DNA of 62,907 nucleotides, counting the filler, from Polymyxa betae A26-41 (lineage: Eukaryota; Protista; Endomyxa: Phytomyxea): assembly GCA_003693705.1 (NCBI GenBank). It is 7 parts of 7 records of this genome, joined end to end, with 100 filler letters (N's around TTAATTAATTAA, not from the genome) between each part and the next. Parts side by side here need not be neighbours in the genome. Positions count along the whole stretch, not along the records: positions 1 to 7,022 come from RBZT01000877.1; positions 7,123 to 25,050 come from RBZT01000517.1; 5 more parts are not named here. One strand, given 5' to 3'. Below, one piece after another: positions 1-12,427 of this stretch. Both the position numbers and the translations under genes were made by a program. The notes beneath the pieces are model-generated. The model saw only the letters and a program-made list of their open reading frames with translations. It was not told the DNA's origin and ran no database searches. Every line of letters begins with the position of its first letter. The first letter of the stretch is position 1.

Positions 1-14
1 CCTCTCTCTCCCTC

Positions 15-71
<57 letters not shown>
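1..71. repeat. (CT)n microsatellite
   Basis: Direct reading of the sequence. Confidence 0.95.
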
Positions 72-74
<3 letters not shown>

Positions 75-1882
75 CTCCTGTCGTTCTGCAATGTCATCTA
101 TAGTGACTGTCTGCGTCGTCAGCTGGCTGGCACTCTTTGCCTCGGTTCCAGGCTTTTTGGTTCAAGGCTCTGCTTTCGTCATGGCCAGCCCATCAGCCCT
201 GATAATCAAACCTTCCCAGGGCTCCGTTTCTGGAAACAGTTTCCACTGCAAGCTGGGACAGAGAAAGATTTCAAAATGGGTAATGCTTTTTTATGTCCTT
301 ATTCTCCCCTCCCTTTCATTTTGTTTCGCTTTATGCTGCCCCTGGATCTCTTCTGTTCTCTGTTTGATATTTCAGTGCTCTGTAATTCAATCCTTACTGC
401 TCTTCAATTGAGACTTGGTATGCTGCATTGTATGATTTTGTATCTCTCTTATCATATATGATTGTGTCCGTCGTTTCCGTTTTCACTTTGCGCTCTTGTT
501 TCTGTTGAACTATCATTGATGGTCTTGATAGAATCGTCTCATCTGCAACTCGTTCGGAGTTAATGATCACAGCTGCATTCTATCCAATATGAATCGTCAT
601 TTCATTCCTAAACCATTGCGTATGAGCTCGACTTCAAAATCCTCTTCCTCCGATCACGAATCCTCGCCTACCGCTTCGCAATTGTCTCAGACATCATCAA
701 AACCTCAATTCCTGTCCGAAATCGTCTACAGCACTTTGATCAAATTGGGCATTGAAGACCTCGGCCAATATCGTAACAATCCTTGAACTTTGTAGTTTGA
801 GACGATTTTGAATCAGTTAGCGCAGAGTATGAATTAGTCAATTTGCGGCCCAGTAAACAAAATGCTCAAATTCAATGCCAATTCGAAATCTACAAAGCTG
901 ATAAGATTCGTTTATTGCTGGGATCTGTATATTGACCATTTCACCTCCAGGTGATCGGTGCCAAACTTGATGCCAACAATTCTCGGTTTATTGGAAGCCT
1001 GTCTCTGCTTTTCGGACCTAAGGTCATGAGCGAGGAACTCGTTAGGCAAGTGATCCTTGAAACAACCGATGATTTTATCACGTTCTTGCGCAAAAATCGA
1101 AAGGTCGTTCCGGACAGCAATATTCTCGTATTGGAGATCACAAGTTGGATGAAATTGGATCGTCTTAACGAGATTCTCGATCAAGTCGTTTTCGGGTATG
1201 CACGGCAAGTTTCGTAACCTTTCTTGATCTGATAATCTGCAGCTGGAAATATACTTACTCAAAATTATATGTTGAGTTTCTGGTCGTCAATTTGCACTCC
1301 AATGAGTCGACATTGGACTTGTAATTTGCCCTTGTAGTTTGGCAGCTGGAAGTTCTAATGTTGGGCAATAGGGACCTTCGCCAGCATTCCATTCGCAATT
1401 TCGCCTTCAGCAAATAAATTTGAGTCACAACGTCATTTTGAATTCGTTCTTCAATACAGTAGTGCTTTGCCAGATGATAGCTAAGACCAAACTTAAGGCC
1501 GAACACTGGAAATCATGGAAGTTTAACATGGTAGCCCAGGTAAACTGACTCGGTGAATTTCCAAACGCTGTAATTCAAAGATCTTTTCGCTTCAGCTGAT
1601 GCAGTTTTGCTTGCTTCAACCAAGCTCTAACGAAAAAACGAGAATTTTCCATCTGTAACAGGTCACACTTGCATACTGCTTCGCAGATCGTCGACTGTGG
1701 ATTTTCAGATCAAGACTTTCTGCAACTATCTACAGCGATAGTAGGTCTGTCGCCCCATAGCTCACTCTGAGTTTACATTTAAAGCAATATAGGTAACGAA
1801 AAATCGCCGTGACATTAACGCCATTGAATCTTCGGCTTTGTATTTAGAATCTTAGCAGTGACAGGCTGATCGGGAGCCAAGA

Positions 1883-2629
1883 CTATGGCTGTGTTACAGG
1901 ACCATTAACAGGGAGATAGAAAGCGTAACCGAGCGCATGGAATGGATCGGGTAGATGGTAGCCTGGTAACATTACATCTGGATTCCAATCAGCTTGGGCG
2001 GTCGGTCTTCGCTGGTCCGGATCGGCTGCGGACCTGAAATCTTCACCGGGCCGCGCTCTTGAGCCGGCCACGTGACGAGTAAAAGCGCTGCGCCTCCCAA
2101 TACAGAGTAACAGGGGCCGACTCTGGCACAGATGCGCCTCTCCTCGTCGAACACACCGCGGGCAGGGTCGTGCTGTCCCGCAGCGGCACTTGGCTCTGGC
2201 GCATTTCGTGCATGCCACATTGGTGGACTTTCGAGGTCTTTTGCTGACGTTTGGTAACATTTCATTAGCACATGGATCTTCGAATTCAGTTACGGCATCC
2301 GAAGCCGAGCTGGATGGAGCTGTCTTGGGACTTGGGATTGCGACTTTGCTGTCCGCCACGAAAAGATCGGCATCTTTGGTACCATTGCAGCGTTTGAGCT
2401 GATTCTTAGGTTTTACAGACTCCATGATAAGGAGTAATAGGATAGATACAAATAGGTGTGATTGTCGGACAGTGAAAGCAGTCATCTCGGCCTGAATTTT
2501 CTTGGTGCATATCATAATCCGGAGGATTGTGTGGCCATTGGTGACAAAACTCGTCCGAAAATTGTATGGCCCGTAATCACCGGTATCGATTAGCTCACCT
2601 ACACATTCTAGGGTTAGGGTTGTGGCCAT
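1883..2629 (-). CDS. Zn(II)2Cys6 binuclear cluster transcription factor-like protein (true start uncertain, possibly at MESVKPK)
   Basis: Motif ACTKCARAKCRCGTARPCPRCVRRGEAHLC fits CX2CX6CX5CX2CX8C and is preceded by a basic stretch KRPRK. Confidence 0.75.
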   Translation of the reverse strand: MATTLTLECVGELIDTGDYGPYNFRTSFVTNGHTILRIMICTKKIQAEMTAFTVRQSHLFVSILLLLIMESVKPKNQLKRCNGTKDADLFVADSKVAIPSPKTAPSSSASDAVTEFEDPCANEMLPNVSKRPRKSTNVACTKCARAKCRCGTARPCPRCVRRGEAHLCQSRPLLLCIGRRSAFTRHVAGSRARPGEDFRSAADPDQRRPTAQADWNPDVMLPGYHLPDPFHALGYAFYLPVNGPVTQP

Positions 2630-3086
2630 TCACCCATCTTGTTTTCAAATTTGCAATCCTTAGTGAGAGTTATTCCAACTACTGTTTGAACATTGTTTTC
2701 GACAGTAACGCTGATCTGCTCGATAGTCTTGGTAGAGTCTGGTAAGAAAGGGGCCCCGGACTGCAGGGTTTGTTCGAAGACAGGTTTTCGCAGCAATGGT
2801 TATACTGACCCTGGTCCCTGCAATCACTGTTTCACTGGTCGAATTTTCAACAATATCCGTGATCGGTTCCGTCAGTCTGCGTCTATTGATTATGAGAAGT
2901 ATCCGTACATGACGATTCCCCATACTGAAACGAGTCAGCTATCCTCTTTGTCTTCCATTCCTATCATTTATTAGTTCAATCTGTTTATGCCTGATAAAAC
3001 AGATGGGCGCGCGGCCCTCTGCGCAGCCCGAAGAGGAGGCCGGTCAATACGCCAGTCCACTTTCTCTTCGGCGCTCCCTCCTGGAC

Positions 3087-4864
3087 ATGAAGATCGCAGC
3101 CATGCTCGTGGCCGTACTGGTCCTGGCCAGCGCCGCCGCCACCGAGGACCCCGAGTCGCATTTCGACCGTCTCCCGGACCCACTCGTCGAGAGGATTCTG
3201 GCCCTGGGGCCGACCGACTTCGGCCAGTACGACCATGCGGGTGTGTCGGAGATTCGGCGTCCTGTCCAAGACCCCGATATCGGATCTGTATGATGGACGC
3301 TTTCCGGACTCGGAATTACTCCGACGGATCACCGCGGCGATTAACTTTCATTGAAGAGAAGTCGATTCCGTCTCAGGTCATCACTCCGCAGCTGACCGTG
3401 TCCCTGTACGACCGTCTTCTTAGCAGTGAGCATTTGACGGACACCGAGAAAGCCGAAGGATTGAAGGTCCTTATTGACAAGTTCGATGCGGACATGATCA
3501 CTGGACTTTTATCCTCCTCTAATTCGGATCTGAAATCGGAACCATTTCTGAAATTATTCCTGAATTATAAACAGCAGCTGGATACGGAGAGACCATTCAC
3601 GCTTCCTGCTAAGGTCATCGAATCGCTTCACCATGCTGAGCTTGAAGACAATAATTACGGATTCTCCGACGATATCGTGTCCGAGGTTCGAGGTCGATAT
3701 CCTCCTCCATTCGATCGGTTCTTCCCACAAGGACCTGGTTTAGGCCCGTTGAGGAGATTCCAGAGCAATTCGCATCCATTGGCGAATGCGTCTGTCCTCC
3801 TGGATCTGCTCTATCAAGGAGTCCGCTTCAACATCAAGGATTTTTACCATTCTGTTTTTGTCTCACCGAATCAAGTTCCGGACATCATTCCTCTATTACG
3901 CTCACAGAATCTTGACCTTCTTGATATCATGTTCACCTTCTTCAAACATAAATACCTGGCTCAAGTTCGGGCGATGTTCCTCATTCCCATGGTGCGGCGT
4001 CTAATTCTCACTAATTCTGATTATTTCCTTGAAAACCTCCTCAAGGTCTATCGCCTTCCATCAGCTTGGCCTGAATTCCCCATAGAACTACTCCGATTCA
4101 TCGCAGAGATGCCGTTCTTCCCGCAGATCGCGAATTCCTCCGATCAGTATGGATGTACTCTATTGAGTGTCTTAGTATATAGATGGAAGAGGTCTGATAT
4201 TACAGATGATCCATGGTATCAAGCTCTATTTGATATCATTCGGCCACATACAGTGGATTTCGATTCCAGATTCGTCCGAATGGCTGCGCAGGCTCATGAA
4301 CTTCATCGTCTGGAACGTCTCGGTCTTCCGCCTCCTCTCTCATTCCCTCGTTATCCGGACTATCCCTACACCCCCATTAAGGATATGGAACAGATTCCCA
4401 ATTGGAATTTTGTTCCAATTGAGAGCGGACAATCTCCTGAACTTCCTCATTGTGCGGATATCGTCCCTGCTCATGTCGAGTCCAATTTCGATCGTCTTCC
4501 GGACGATGTTGTTCGAGTTATTGTGAACTCTGATCTGAGTCTTGTCCGAATCTTTCCGCAATTGTGTCGCAGATTCCGCCATCTGTCCATGCCTTCCTCA
4601 ATGCGGAAACTGGTTCCGGATCATAAGGCTGCTCCAGACGTTAAAATCAAAATCAGCTTATTATACAGAATACAAAACCACTTTGATTTCATTATTAGGG
4701 AATACGCCATGTTTTACTACACAAAAATAGGATTTCGGGAGGGAAAAGTGGGACGCCTTTTCATACGTAACATTATTCTACTCACAACACCCTCAATATG
4801 GATCAATTATCAGCCATTGCTAAAGATTTCGAAATGCGATAAGCCCACGACGAACCAATTTTAA
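3087..4864 (+). pseudogene. Secreted protein with N- and C-terminal F-box-like motifs; two frameshifts at about 3220-3330
   Basis: ATG 3087 gives signal peptide MKIAAMLVAVLVLASAAA then HFDRLPDPLVERIL. The next frame gives MRVCRRFGVLSK. The long ORF ends with NFDRLPDDVVRVIV...LCRRFRHLS. Weak ankyrin-like SDQYGCTLLSVLV. Confidence 0.65.
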
Positions 4865-5170
4865 CATGGTCAGGGCTAGCTTGATCAACATTTCAGATGT
4901 CGTTCGGAAATCATAAAATGTAAGTCAGTCGCAGCTAGAGGATCCGACAATATACAATCGAAATCCACTCCGAGTCCAGACAAAAGGGAGACCGAAAATG
5001 GAAATAAGCGTTATAAAAGCACGATCGAAAAGCAATTGGAAATGGCAAAAAAAAAGAAGAAATGTTAATCAAACAAAAGACAGGAGCGAGAGAGAGAACG
5101 AGGGGGGAGAGAGTAAGAGAGAAGGGGGGAGAGAGAGGGTACCCTAACGGACTATCCTTCTGTATGAAAA

Positions 5171-6160
5171 CGACCCTGCTACGTGTGCGACCCCTCGCAC
5201 AAATAAGCCCGTGTGCGACTGTATGTCGCACAGCCCCTAACTGTGCGACCTCCTCTCAACCTCTATCTTACGATCTAAGCAGTAGTATGATAGCGCCTAC
5301 AAATGCTCTCAAGGTCTGACAAATTTCTCCTGCTGGGCCGATGTAAGCACCATGTTTTAGTCACCAATCTCGGCTGCTCTGCTTTTACTTCGCCTAAACC
5401 AACATGGCCATAGGAATGCGAGCGTCCATGTCCAACCCGGCATCCCACCGACACGGGAGATCACTTTAATCTCCATAATATCCATGAAGAGAGCAAAGGC
5501 GATTTTATGCCTATAATTATCGATAAAGACATCTAATTTGCGTGTTTCGCCATTTAATCAAGTGTCTTGTCCCTTATCAATGTTTAACCAACGGTTAAAT
5601 AGAGACTTTGTCTCTAAGATTCTGACTGAGAACAATATATCTGCCTATATAGTGGCAGGGCAGAGCAATGCAGACAATGAAACGACTGAGGAGAAAGAGT
5701 TTTCAGAACTGAAATCGCTTTGCAAAGACCCGATACTACGCTCATGCTCGGAGACCTCGAGTTTCGAGAAAGTCGACATTAACTGCCCCGTCGCAAACTG
5801 CCATAAAGTCATCTGAAGTACAGCAACAAGACGATGTCGAATCATTATTGAAACTCCTGTGAAAGTCAGAACAAAGGGCAGGCCAAAAAACAGAATCTAA
5901 TCGATATCTCAGGTCGAGCAGAGCTGCACCAAAATCAGAATCAGCGGAAGAAGGGGAAAACATCACTGCCCTAAAAGGGAGACATGTCCAAGTAACGTCA
6001 GAATCCGCCGAATACGGTTTCCGTAAAAGCAGATTCCCTGTTTGATTGTTTTGTCCATACCTACCGTAGTATTCAGAGGGGGGTCGCACAGATAGGGTTG
6101 CGCGACATACAGTCGCACACGGGCTTATTTGTGCGAGGGGTCGCACACGTAGCAGAGTCG
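5171..6160. repeat. ~87-bp inverted repeat pair (5171-5257 and 6074-6160), probable DNA transposon termini
   Basis: ctgctacgtgtgcgacccctcgcacaaataagcccgtgtgcgactgtatgtcgc occurs on opposite strands, with internal TGTGCGAC repeats. Confidence 0.8.
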
Positions 6161-7022
6161 GTATGAAAAACGTATATGAGAGAGACAGAGAGTTGTACAA
6201 ATAGTGCGCGTACGAAAACGGTAGTTGTATGCGCAGTTTCTTTCTGCGACCTGGCAAAGCAGGGTCGAATCCAAAAAGTGAGAGTGAAAAAAATCACCGA
6301 GACTCTGAAAAATATGAAACTGCGCCAATGTAATTTTCGCTCTTTTGACATGTTAATCGCTGAAATTATAAACGGTGAAGGTCGCCAGTCACACGGCGGG
6401 ACTCAGTTAGATCCGCGACCTTGGACCCCAAAAAGTGCGCTTATTTACAGGATCAGCCTGTAAATAAGTTCGCATTTTTCCGCTGCAGGTCGCCTAGGTC
6501 GCCACTATACTATTTTATAAACATAGTTTTGACGGGAAAGTTTTGAATTTTCATCTGATCTGGTTTTCTTTCCTTTGTCTTTTTCCGATTACGGACTTTT
6601 CGTCAGACCAGTCAAGTTTCTGTTTTCGTTTCGTATCGGCTGTTTATTGCGTTTTTTAAACATCGAAATGGTTAGAAACTCGGGCAGATTCTTGGATATC
6701 CAGTCAATACTTTTCCCTAGAGACGCCCGCTGTGCTCAAATTGCTGAGCCACGACGTTGGCAGTTTCGGACAGTTCCTGTAAGGGGAGTGACTGAGGCTA
6801 GCTGAAGGGGACGAAGGGAACTAGCTACTTTGCAGGCGAACAAGATGTGAACAGAAGCAATCAGATTGAAGAATGATTTATATAGGACGAGATCAGGCGA
6901 TTAAATAGGACGCTGACTGGCTGCAGGCCACTCGAGGAGTCGACAGTGGACCAGGCGACTTGGACAGGGTCGACGACGACTTGGACAGAGTCAAAGACGG
7001 CTGGCATTACAGTCAAAAACTG

Positions 7023-7122
7023 NNNNNNNNNNNNNNNNNNNNNNNNNNNNNNNNNNNNNNNNNNNNTTAATTAATTAANNNNNNNNNNNNNNNNNNNNNN
7101 NNNNNNNNNNNNNNNNNNNNNN
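7023..7122. other. Artificial contig linker N-TTAATTAATTAA-N (also 25051-25150, 32952-33051, 38193-38292, 41006-41105, 54526-54625); N gap 38568-38722
   Basis: Identical six-frame-stop linker flanked by N runs. Confidence 0.95.
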
Positions 7123-8990
7123 TGTTTCTGAACGGGACATTCCAGGAGTTCACGACCACGCCAAAATGAATCCTGAAAAGACAGCATGAACAAACAGAAA
7201 TGCATTAACTTGAAAATAGTGTTTTGCTATTCAAGACCCCAGTATATCTTGCAAGACCAGAACCAGAAGGTCTGGGAATGATCGGTTAGGGTTCTGACTG
7301 TTCTGATCGTGTAGTGCTTCTGATCCGGGAGCTGTTGCTGTCTATTCAAGATGCATTTGGCGCGGTCGCGAGCCTCTTCTTGTTATCGTCGAGAACTGCT
7401 GCATAAATGTTTATCAAGATTGGAACTCGAACAATTTCTGACAGGTGAAGCTATGCTCTTCCACTTCTATCCCATTCAGAATATTTTTAGGTTGGACCCT
7501 ATCTAATTGGGATTTCTATGTAGGCGACGCTGATTGGGTGGCTCAATCAGCAGCGTGTCGAGATGCTAAATCATTTTTCGGACGTCATTGCCCAACGTTT
7601 GTTGATGAGGTCGTATCGCCGGCGGTACGGTGCCGGAGCGACTTCCAGCTGAATACTATTCAGGCGTTGATGCCAACTGCCACAACAGCTCAAGTTGCTT
7701 TTCATTCTTTTTCTGCTGCCGTTTCTCTGCTTTTGTCGGAAGTTCGAGATGTTATCGGCGATTTCGTCTTTATCGAAGTCGAATTTTGCTTTGATTAATG
7801 GAGCTTGAACGGGGATCGCCGCTCATCAATTCGGTGAATTTCGTTCCGCTCAACATCGATCGAACGTGGCGGCCGTATTCAGATTCGACACAAACGCCGC
7901 TCTATTCAGCCGTGGTTCGCCCACTGAGCCCGCCTTCATCGCGGCTAAACCCGATCCCGAATCTCCCTTAGTCAAGTGTGATGATGATTGCTTTATGGCT
8001 GTCATGATCGATTTTCGTAAACGTTCTTGTCGCTGGATCCATCGAATCCGTCCATCGATGCTCCGGTGCCATTCTATGATCCTGAGACCAGACCAACAGC
8101 ATCAACGACGCAGTCTGATCGGCGGCTGAAAGATTCACGGCTCGCCCCATCATACAAGCCTACGCCGCTGCGATTCGCCGAAAGATCGCGACAAGTGCGA
8201 CACCACCCGCAATTGGATGAGCACCGCGAACGTCGGAAACATCTAATCTTTTCCGTTTCTGGCAAGTCCGCGAACTCGTTTGCAGAAACTGACGCTTAGC
8301 CTGCTGTTCAAGCTTCTGTGCCGGAATCAGCGGCAGCGAAGAAACTCTTGCAGCAAAGTTTTAATACTTGAACGATATTCGTTTTATGGATCGAAATTTT
8401 TCTATAAAAAGCTCGATTTGAATCAAGTTTTACTTGTCCTCAGTTAGTTTTCGTCCTGTTTATGTGATTTCAGCAGGATTTGATTTCGTCAATTTGCTTG
8501 CGGCATCAAAATGTAATAAGAAAACAGAACCGTGGACAGTGTTTGCAGCAACTCAAGCGCGATGGAATTAGGGCAATCTTTGAAGATCAAAGAGAGAGAC
8601 ATATGGCCGAGGTGACTAAACGACATTAACTACCGGTACTGTGGAAAAATTATGTTGGCGACGATGCTGCTCCGTGATCAGGCAGCCGCCGGCCCTTCTA
8701 TTATCCACAAAGATGTCCAGTATTTGCGGACTGAAATTCTCGATAATTTTGGTTGGTTCTTTGCGCCTGACATATCTCTGTTCCCAGGACTGCATTGCTT
8801 ATTGGAGATTGCGTCGCAAGCTATGCGAGACTCTAACAGGAACGGTCGCAGTCGATAATACTGTGGCAGATCTACACCATTAGTTTCTAATAAAAGCGTT
8901 GTAGTGATGCTTTTGCTGATACTTGTGCTTCAACGAGTCAAACATGGGGTAACATTCAGTCTGGGAAACATCCCGACATCTTCGTCATGA

Positions 8991-10220
8991 TTGTTTAACG
9001 CGTGCCATTTTCAAATATTATCCAGATTTTCGAGTATTGTGTCCCAGACGCCACGTCATCTCAGTGCAGTACGAAAAGATACACGGATCCATCCGGCGGT
9101 ATCCTGCAGAAGAATGAGACGCTATGAATACGTATCATGGGTCATTGTTATTGCAGTGTTTCTGAGAACGATGGTTCACGGCAATCAAGAACCCTTTGGG
9201 AATTCATATCGTGGACACGAACAGACTCCCACATGCTCTAAGAACAATGTTTCGGCACTTGCGTCCGTACCAATATATGCGGTAATACCAGCTTGCGCAA
9301 TCGGGGCAGTTGTAGCGGAATTGTCTGTCAGGAAAGCTCGCCAAAATCAGCATTATCCTATCAGAGATATTCAGCTTAAGTTCAAAAGCGTAACATCTTT
9401 CCTCGTCATTGTGCAGACGTCAGCGGCCACCGCGTTTGCTGTGTCGCCTCTGCCAGCACCGCATTCATGCTTTTTCTTTGAAACAAAGATGCACATTGCC
9501 ATCATGAGCTACTTAATAGCTACGATCGCTGCATTAGGGCCTCTGATTCTCAAATACACAGTGGACAAAAATGACATGGCGTCATGGAAATCAATGCGGA
9601 CTGCGATCGGCTTACTCGCAACAGCTATCTGGATTTATGTTCTGGAAAGCTTGTTGTTCATCATTGCTCTTGGCGATGCCGCAATCATATTTGTATCTTG
9701 GGCGGTTGTTGCAATCACGATCACTGTACTCGTCGCATCTACCGTCACAATTTTGGTTTGCCAAAGTGTTCGCAATACTGAAACGAAGCCTAAACTTACC
9801 GATCACGAACTCTGGCTTGAGGAAACGAGAATCATCATCGGAGACATTTTTCTCATCAGTTTAGCGCATTGCGAAATGATTTCGCGAATGACGGATTGCC
9901 TAAACCCTCTCCAGAGATGGGCATTGGAGGAGCTCGTGATTGATCATTACGCATTCCTTTCACATGATCTTCAGTTTCTAGGACAGCCACGCCCAGTTCT
10001 GACATGGGCATTTCAATTTCGGTATCCAATTCCGAATGTCCCCGAATCTTTGGAACAGGATATCGCCAAATACTTTAGAAAAGTGTACCAGAGTCTGCGA
10101 TACGACCAAATGAAGATTTCAGTTTGGCACCTGAAAGGGATGCTGGAAACTGGTGTTCACAGCATCCTAAGCGGTCCTAATTGGAGTGTTCCTATGGATC
10201 GTGTTCCTTTGCTGCAATAA
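8991..10220 (+). CDS. Multi-pass membrane protein of unknown function
   Basis: 409-aa ORF with an N-terminal hydrophobic segment and about 5-6 further hydrophobic stretches. Confidence 0.6.
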   Translation: MFNACHFQILSRFSSIVSQTPRHLSAVRKDTRIHPAVSCRRMRRYEYVSWVIVIAVFLRTMVHGNQEPFGNSYRGHEQTPTCSKNNVSALASVPIYAVIPACAIGAVVAELSVRKARQNQHYPIRDIQLKFKSVTSFLVIVQTSAATAFAVSPLPAPHSCFFFETKMHIAIMSYLIATIAALGPLILKYTVDKNDMASWKSMRTAIGLLATAIWIYVLESLLFIIALGDAAIIFVSWAVVAITITVLVASTVTILVCQSVRNTETKPKLTDHELWLEETRIIIGDIFLISLAHCEMISRMTDCLNPLQRWALEELVIDHYAFLSHDLQFLGQPRPVLTWAFQFRYPIPNVPESLEQDIAKYFRKVYQSLRYDQMKISVWHLKGMLETGVHSILSGPNWSVPMDRVPLLQ

Positions 10221-10346
10221 AAAAATACCGGTCTCCGCTAGCAAAAGATTATTGTCCACTTTAAGATCATGACTTTCTGGTATGGGGTGACACCGACAAA
10301 AAAATTCCGCCGCGCAGAACAAATTTTACATCGTGTAGTTACAAAA

Positions 10347-11833
10347 TAGCTATAGGTATATCGAAAAAATGTTCTGCCAACGCTGTGGAAAGCCTGATGG
10401 GGGCAAATCTTTCTAGTCGACAGATAAGACGGGCAGCACTGTCGGCAGATGCTGCCTGTCACTAGCCGTCGCCGATCTATATCGCGATTTACAAACACCT
10501 TTTAATAGTAGATATATTCCGGTATGCCCCAATCGATCGACCCAATTTTGTTTCGGCGAGATAGCAATGAACCAGCTGAATGCGAGCGCTAGCGATCACG
10601 ACGTTAGACCCTCAATGAAGCCCGACGAACTCATTCAGCCAGCCCATGATTTGGCTGTTGTTTTGGCCCCTAGCAAAAGCAGCAGAAAGCGTGGCAGATC
10701 ACATTTTGATGACCGAATCCGATCTGCTCTTGCGAATTTTCCTAATGCAAGAAACGCAGGCAGTCATTGCTCAGCCTGCCTACACTTTAATGTAGCGTCA
10801 AGCGACAGACATAGAAACGGAGTGCCCGAAAACATAGAGAAGCTGGAAAGCGTCCTGATATACTTCTCACTAGTGGATTACAGAAAGTGTTTCATAAACC
10901 ACATCTGTGCTAATCAGCGCTCGATGTCAACATTTGGCGATATAAAGTCCTCCCTCTCTATAACGACACACGTAAAATCGACATCTCCATATAAGCCCGA
11001 TATGTTACATTGTACGGATATTGTTCTGTAGATTCTCACCATCAATAACATGGCGGCGCGGCCCATATCTGTCAGATGAGATTATTATGGGGCTCTTTGA
11101 TTCTCATCTCGATCATTAACAATACAAACTTGATATTCTACCATTGCCTCGCCATTTTTAGAGTCTTAGACTAGCCAACTAGAGGGTTAGCATTGAAGTC
11201 TGGCGCTCAGACCCTTTATCATATGGTCCCTACTCCTTCGAGAAAAGAGAAAGCCGTTCGAGATAGCCGAGAAACTGCTGATTTGCCGAATATATAATGA
11301 TAACATTAAAGAGAAAAAAACTAGAATCGCAGAGCTGGTTTCTGAAAGATTGGGTTATTCCGCTTGACTATTTCTGACTTTGTAAGAGACCTTGGAAGTA
11401 CGAGAGTCAATTGAGCAAACTGACGTTAACGACGACAAATCGAAGCACATCGAAAATTAGCTAAGCACTTTTCGGGATAACCCCCAAGAACTGCCATAAG
11501 AACTTCAAGAAGTTTGTAAAGCTTGAATTTTGTACCTAATCGAGAAAAACGATTCCTGTAATTGCTGCGAGTTAATACATATAAATGGTCCATAGTCCGT
11601 TAGAAACCCAATATATTTTTATAACGACAGTCTCGTCATAAAAAAAGAAAACCCCGCCAGTGTCGTTATAGAGAGGGAAGACAGTAGATCGACGGCTAGC
11701 GGCGGGCAGCATCTGCCGACAGCTGCTGTCCGTCTTATCTGTCGTCAGACAGAAAGATTTGCCCGCCTGATGGACAATGCCTGAACGACTGTCCGTCCAG
11801 CCAGGCACAATTTCGATACCTACAGTATATAGC
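10347..11833. repeat. Diverged inverted repeat pair (about 10347-10480 and 11685-11833)
   Basis: gggcaaatctttct...gacagataagacgg.cagca..tgtcggcagatgctgcc...ctagccgtcg is present on opposite strands. Confidence 0.7.
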
Positions 11834-11835
11834 TA

Positions 11836-12427
11836 CCGTTTTCCCCCGCACATAAGGCACAGTGCCTTGTATTTGATTAGAAGGCACATGGGCCGTCGAT
11901 TCGAAAACTGCGTGGTGTGCGCACTATTCAAGGGATTGGATTCTGGTCCCTTTATTCGAGGTTTTTGAAGCTCAATAAAATGAATAGAGTTTTCAACGTT
12001 AGTACCGCTCTTTTTTATTGATATTGAGGTTCAGAACCCCGAGCAAAGATTGAATTAAAAGTATAATGCGGATCCTGTTGAAGGAGACGGCGCGACGGGA
12101 CGGCCGGCAGTGTCAGACATGGTTGTAGTTTATTATTAGGTAAATGGGCCATAAAAAACTTAGGCGGCGCGTCTTCCAGATACATATGAATAAAGAGCTT
12201 GCGCTGCGCTGCAAAATGTTAACAAATGTCAAAAACCTCGAATATTAGGCACACGGACTTTCACCAACAATGGAATTTAGAACCCTTGAATAGAAGGCAT
12301 ACTTTACGTTACCTTGAATACAGGGCATATGCCTTATCTTCGAGGGATAGACTACCGTAGGCGAGAATGGCAAAAAAAAATCCACCCTTGAATATAAGGC
12401 ATATGCCTTATGTGCGGGAGAAAACGG
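11836..12427. mobile_element. ~590-bp MITE, Tc1/mariner/pogo-like, copy 1
   Basis: TIRs CCGTTTTCCCCCGCACATAAGGCA, TA on both sides, no ORF; second copy at 28630. Confidence 0.85.

Noticed and set aside
2987-3290. N-terminus of the 625-aa ORF
   Set aside because: Off-frame reading of the GC-rich signal peptide and F-box region; the likely start is 3087 in another frame.
6780-7022. Possible LTR fragment
   Set aside because: Cut by the linker, with no partner, PBS or PPT visible.
7023-7122. Recurrent TTAATTAATTAA motif
   Set aside because: Artificial scaffolding linker inside N runs; ORFs crossing these linkers are artefacts.
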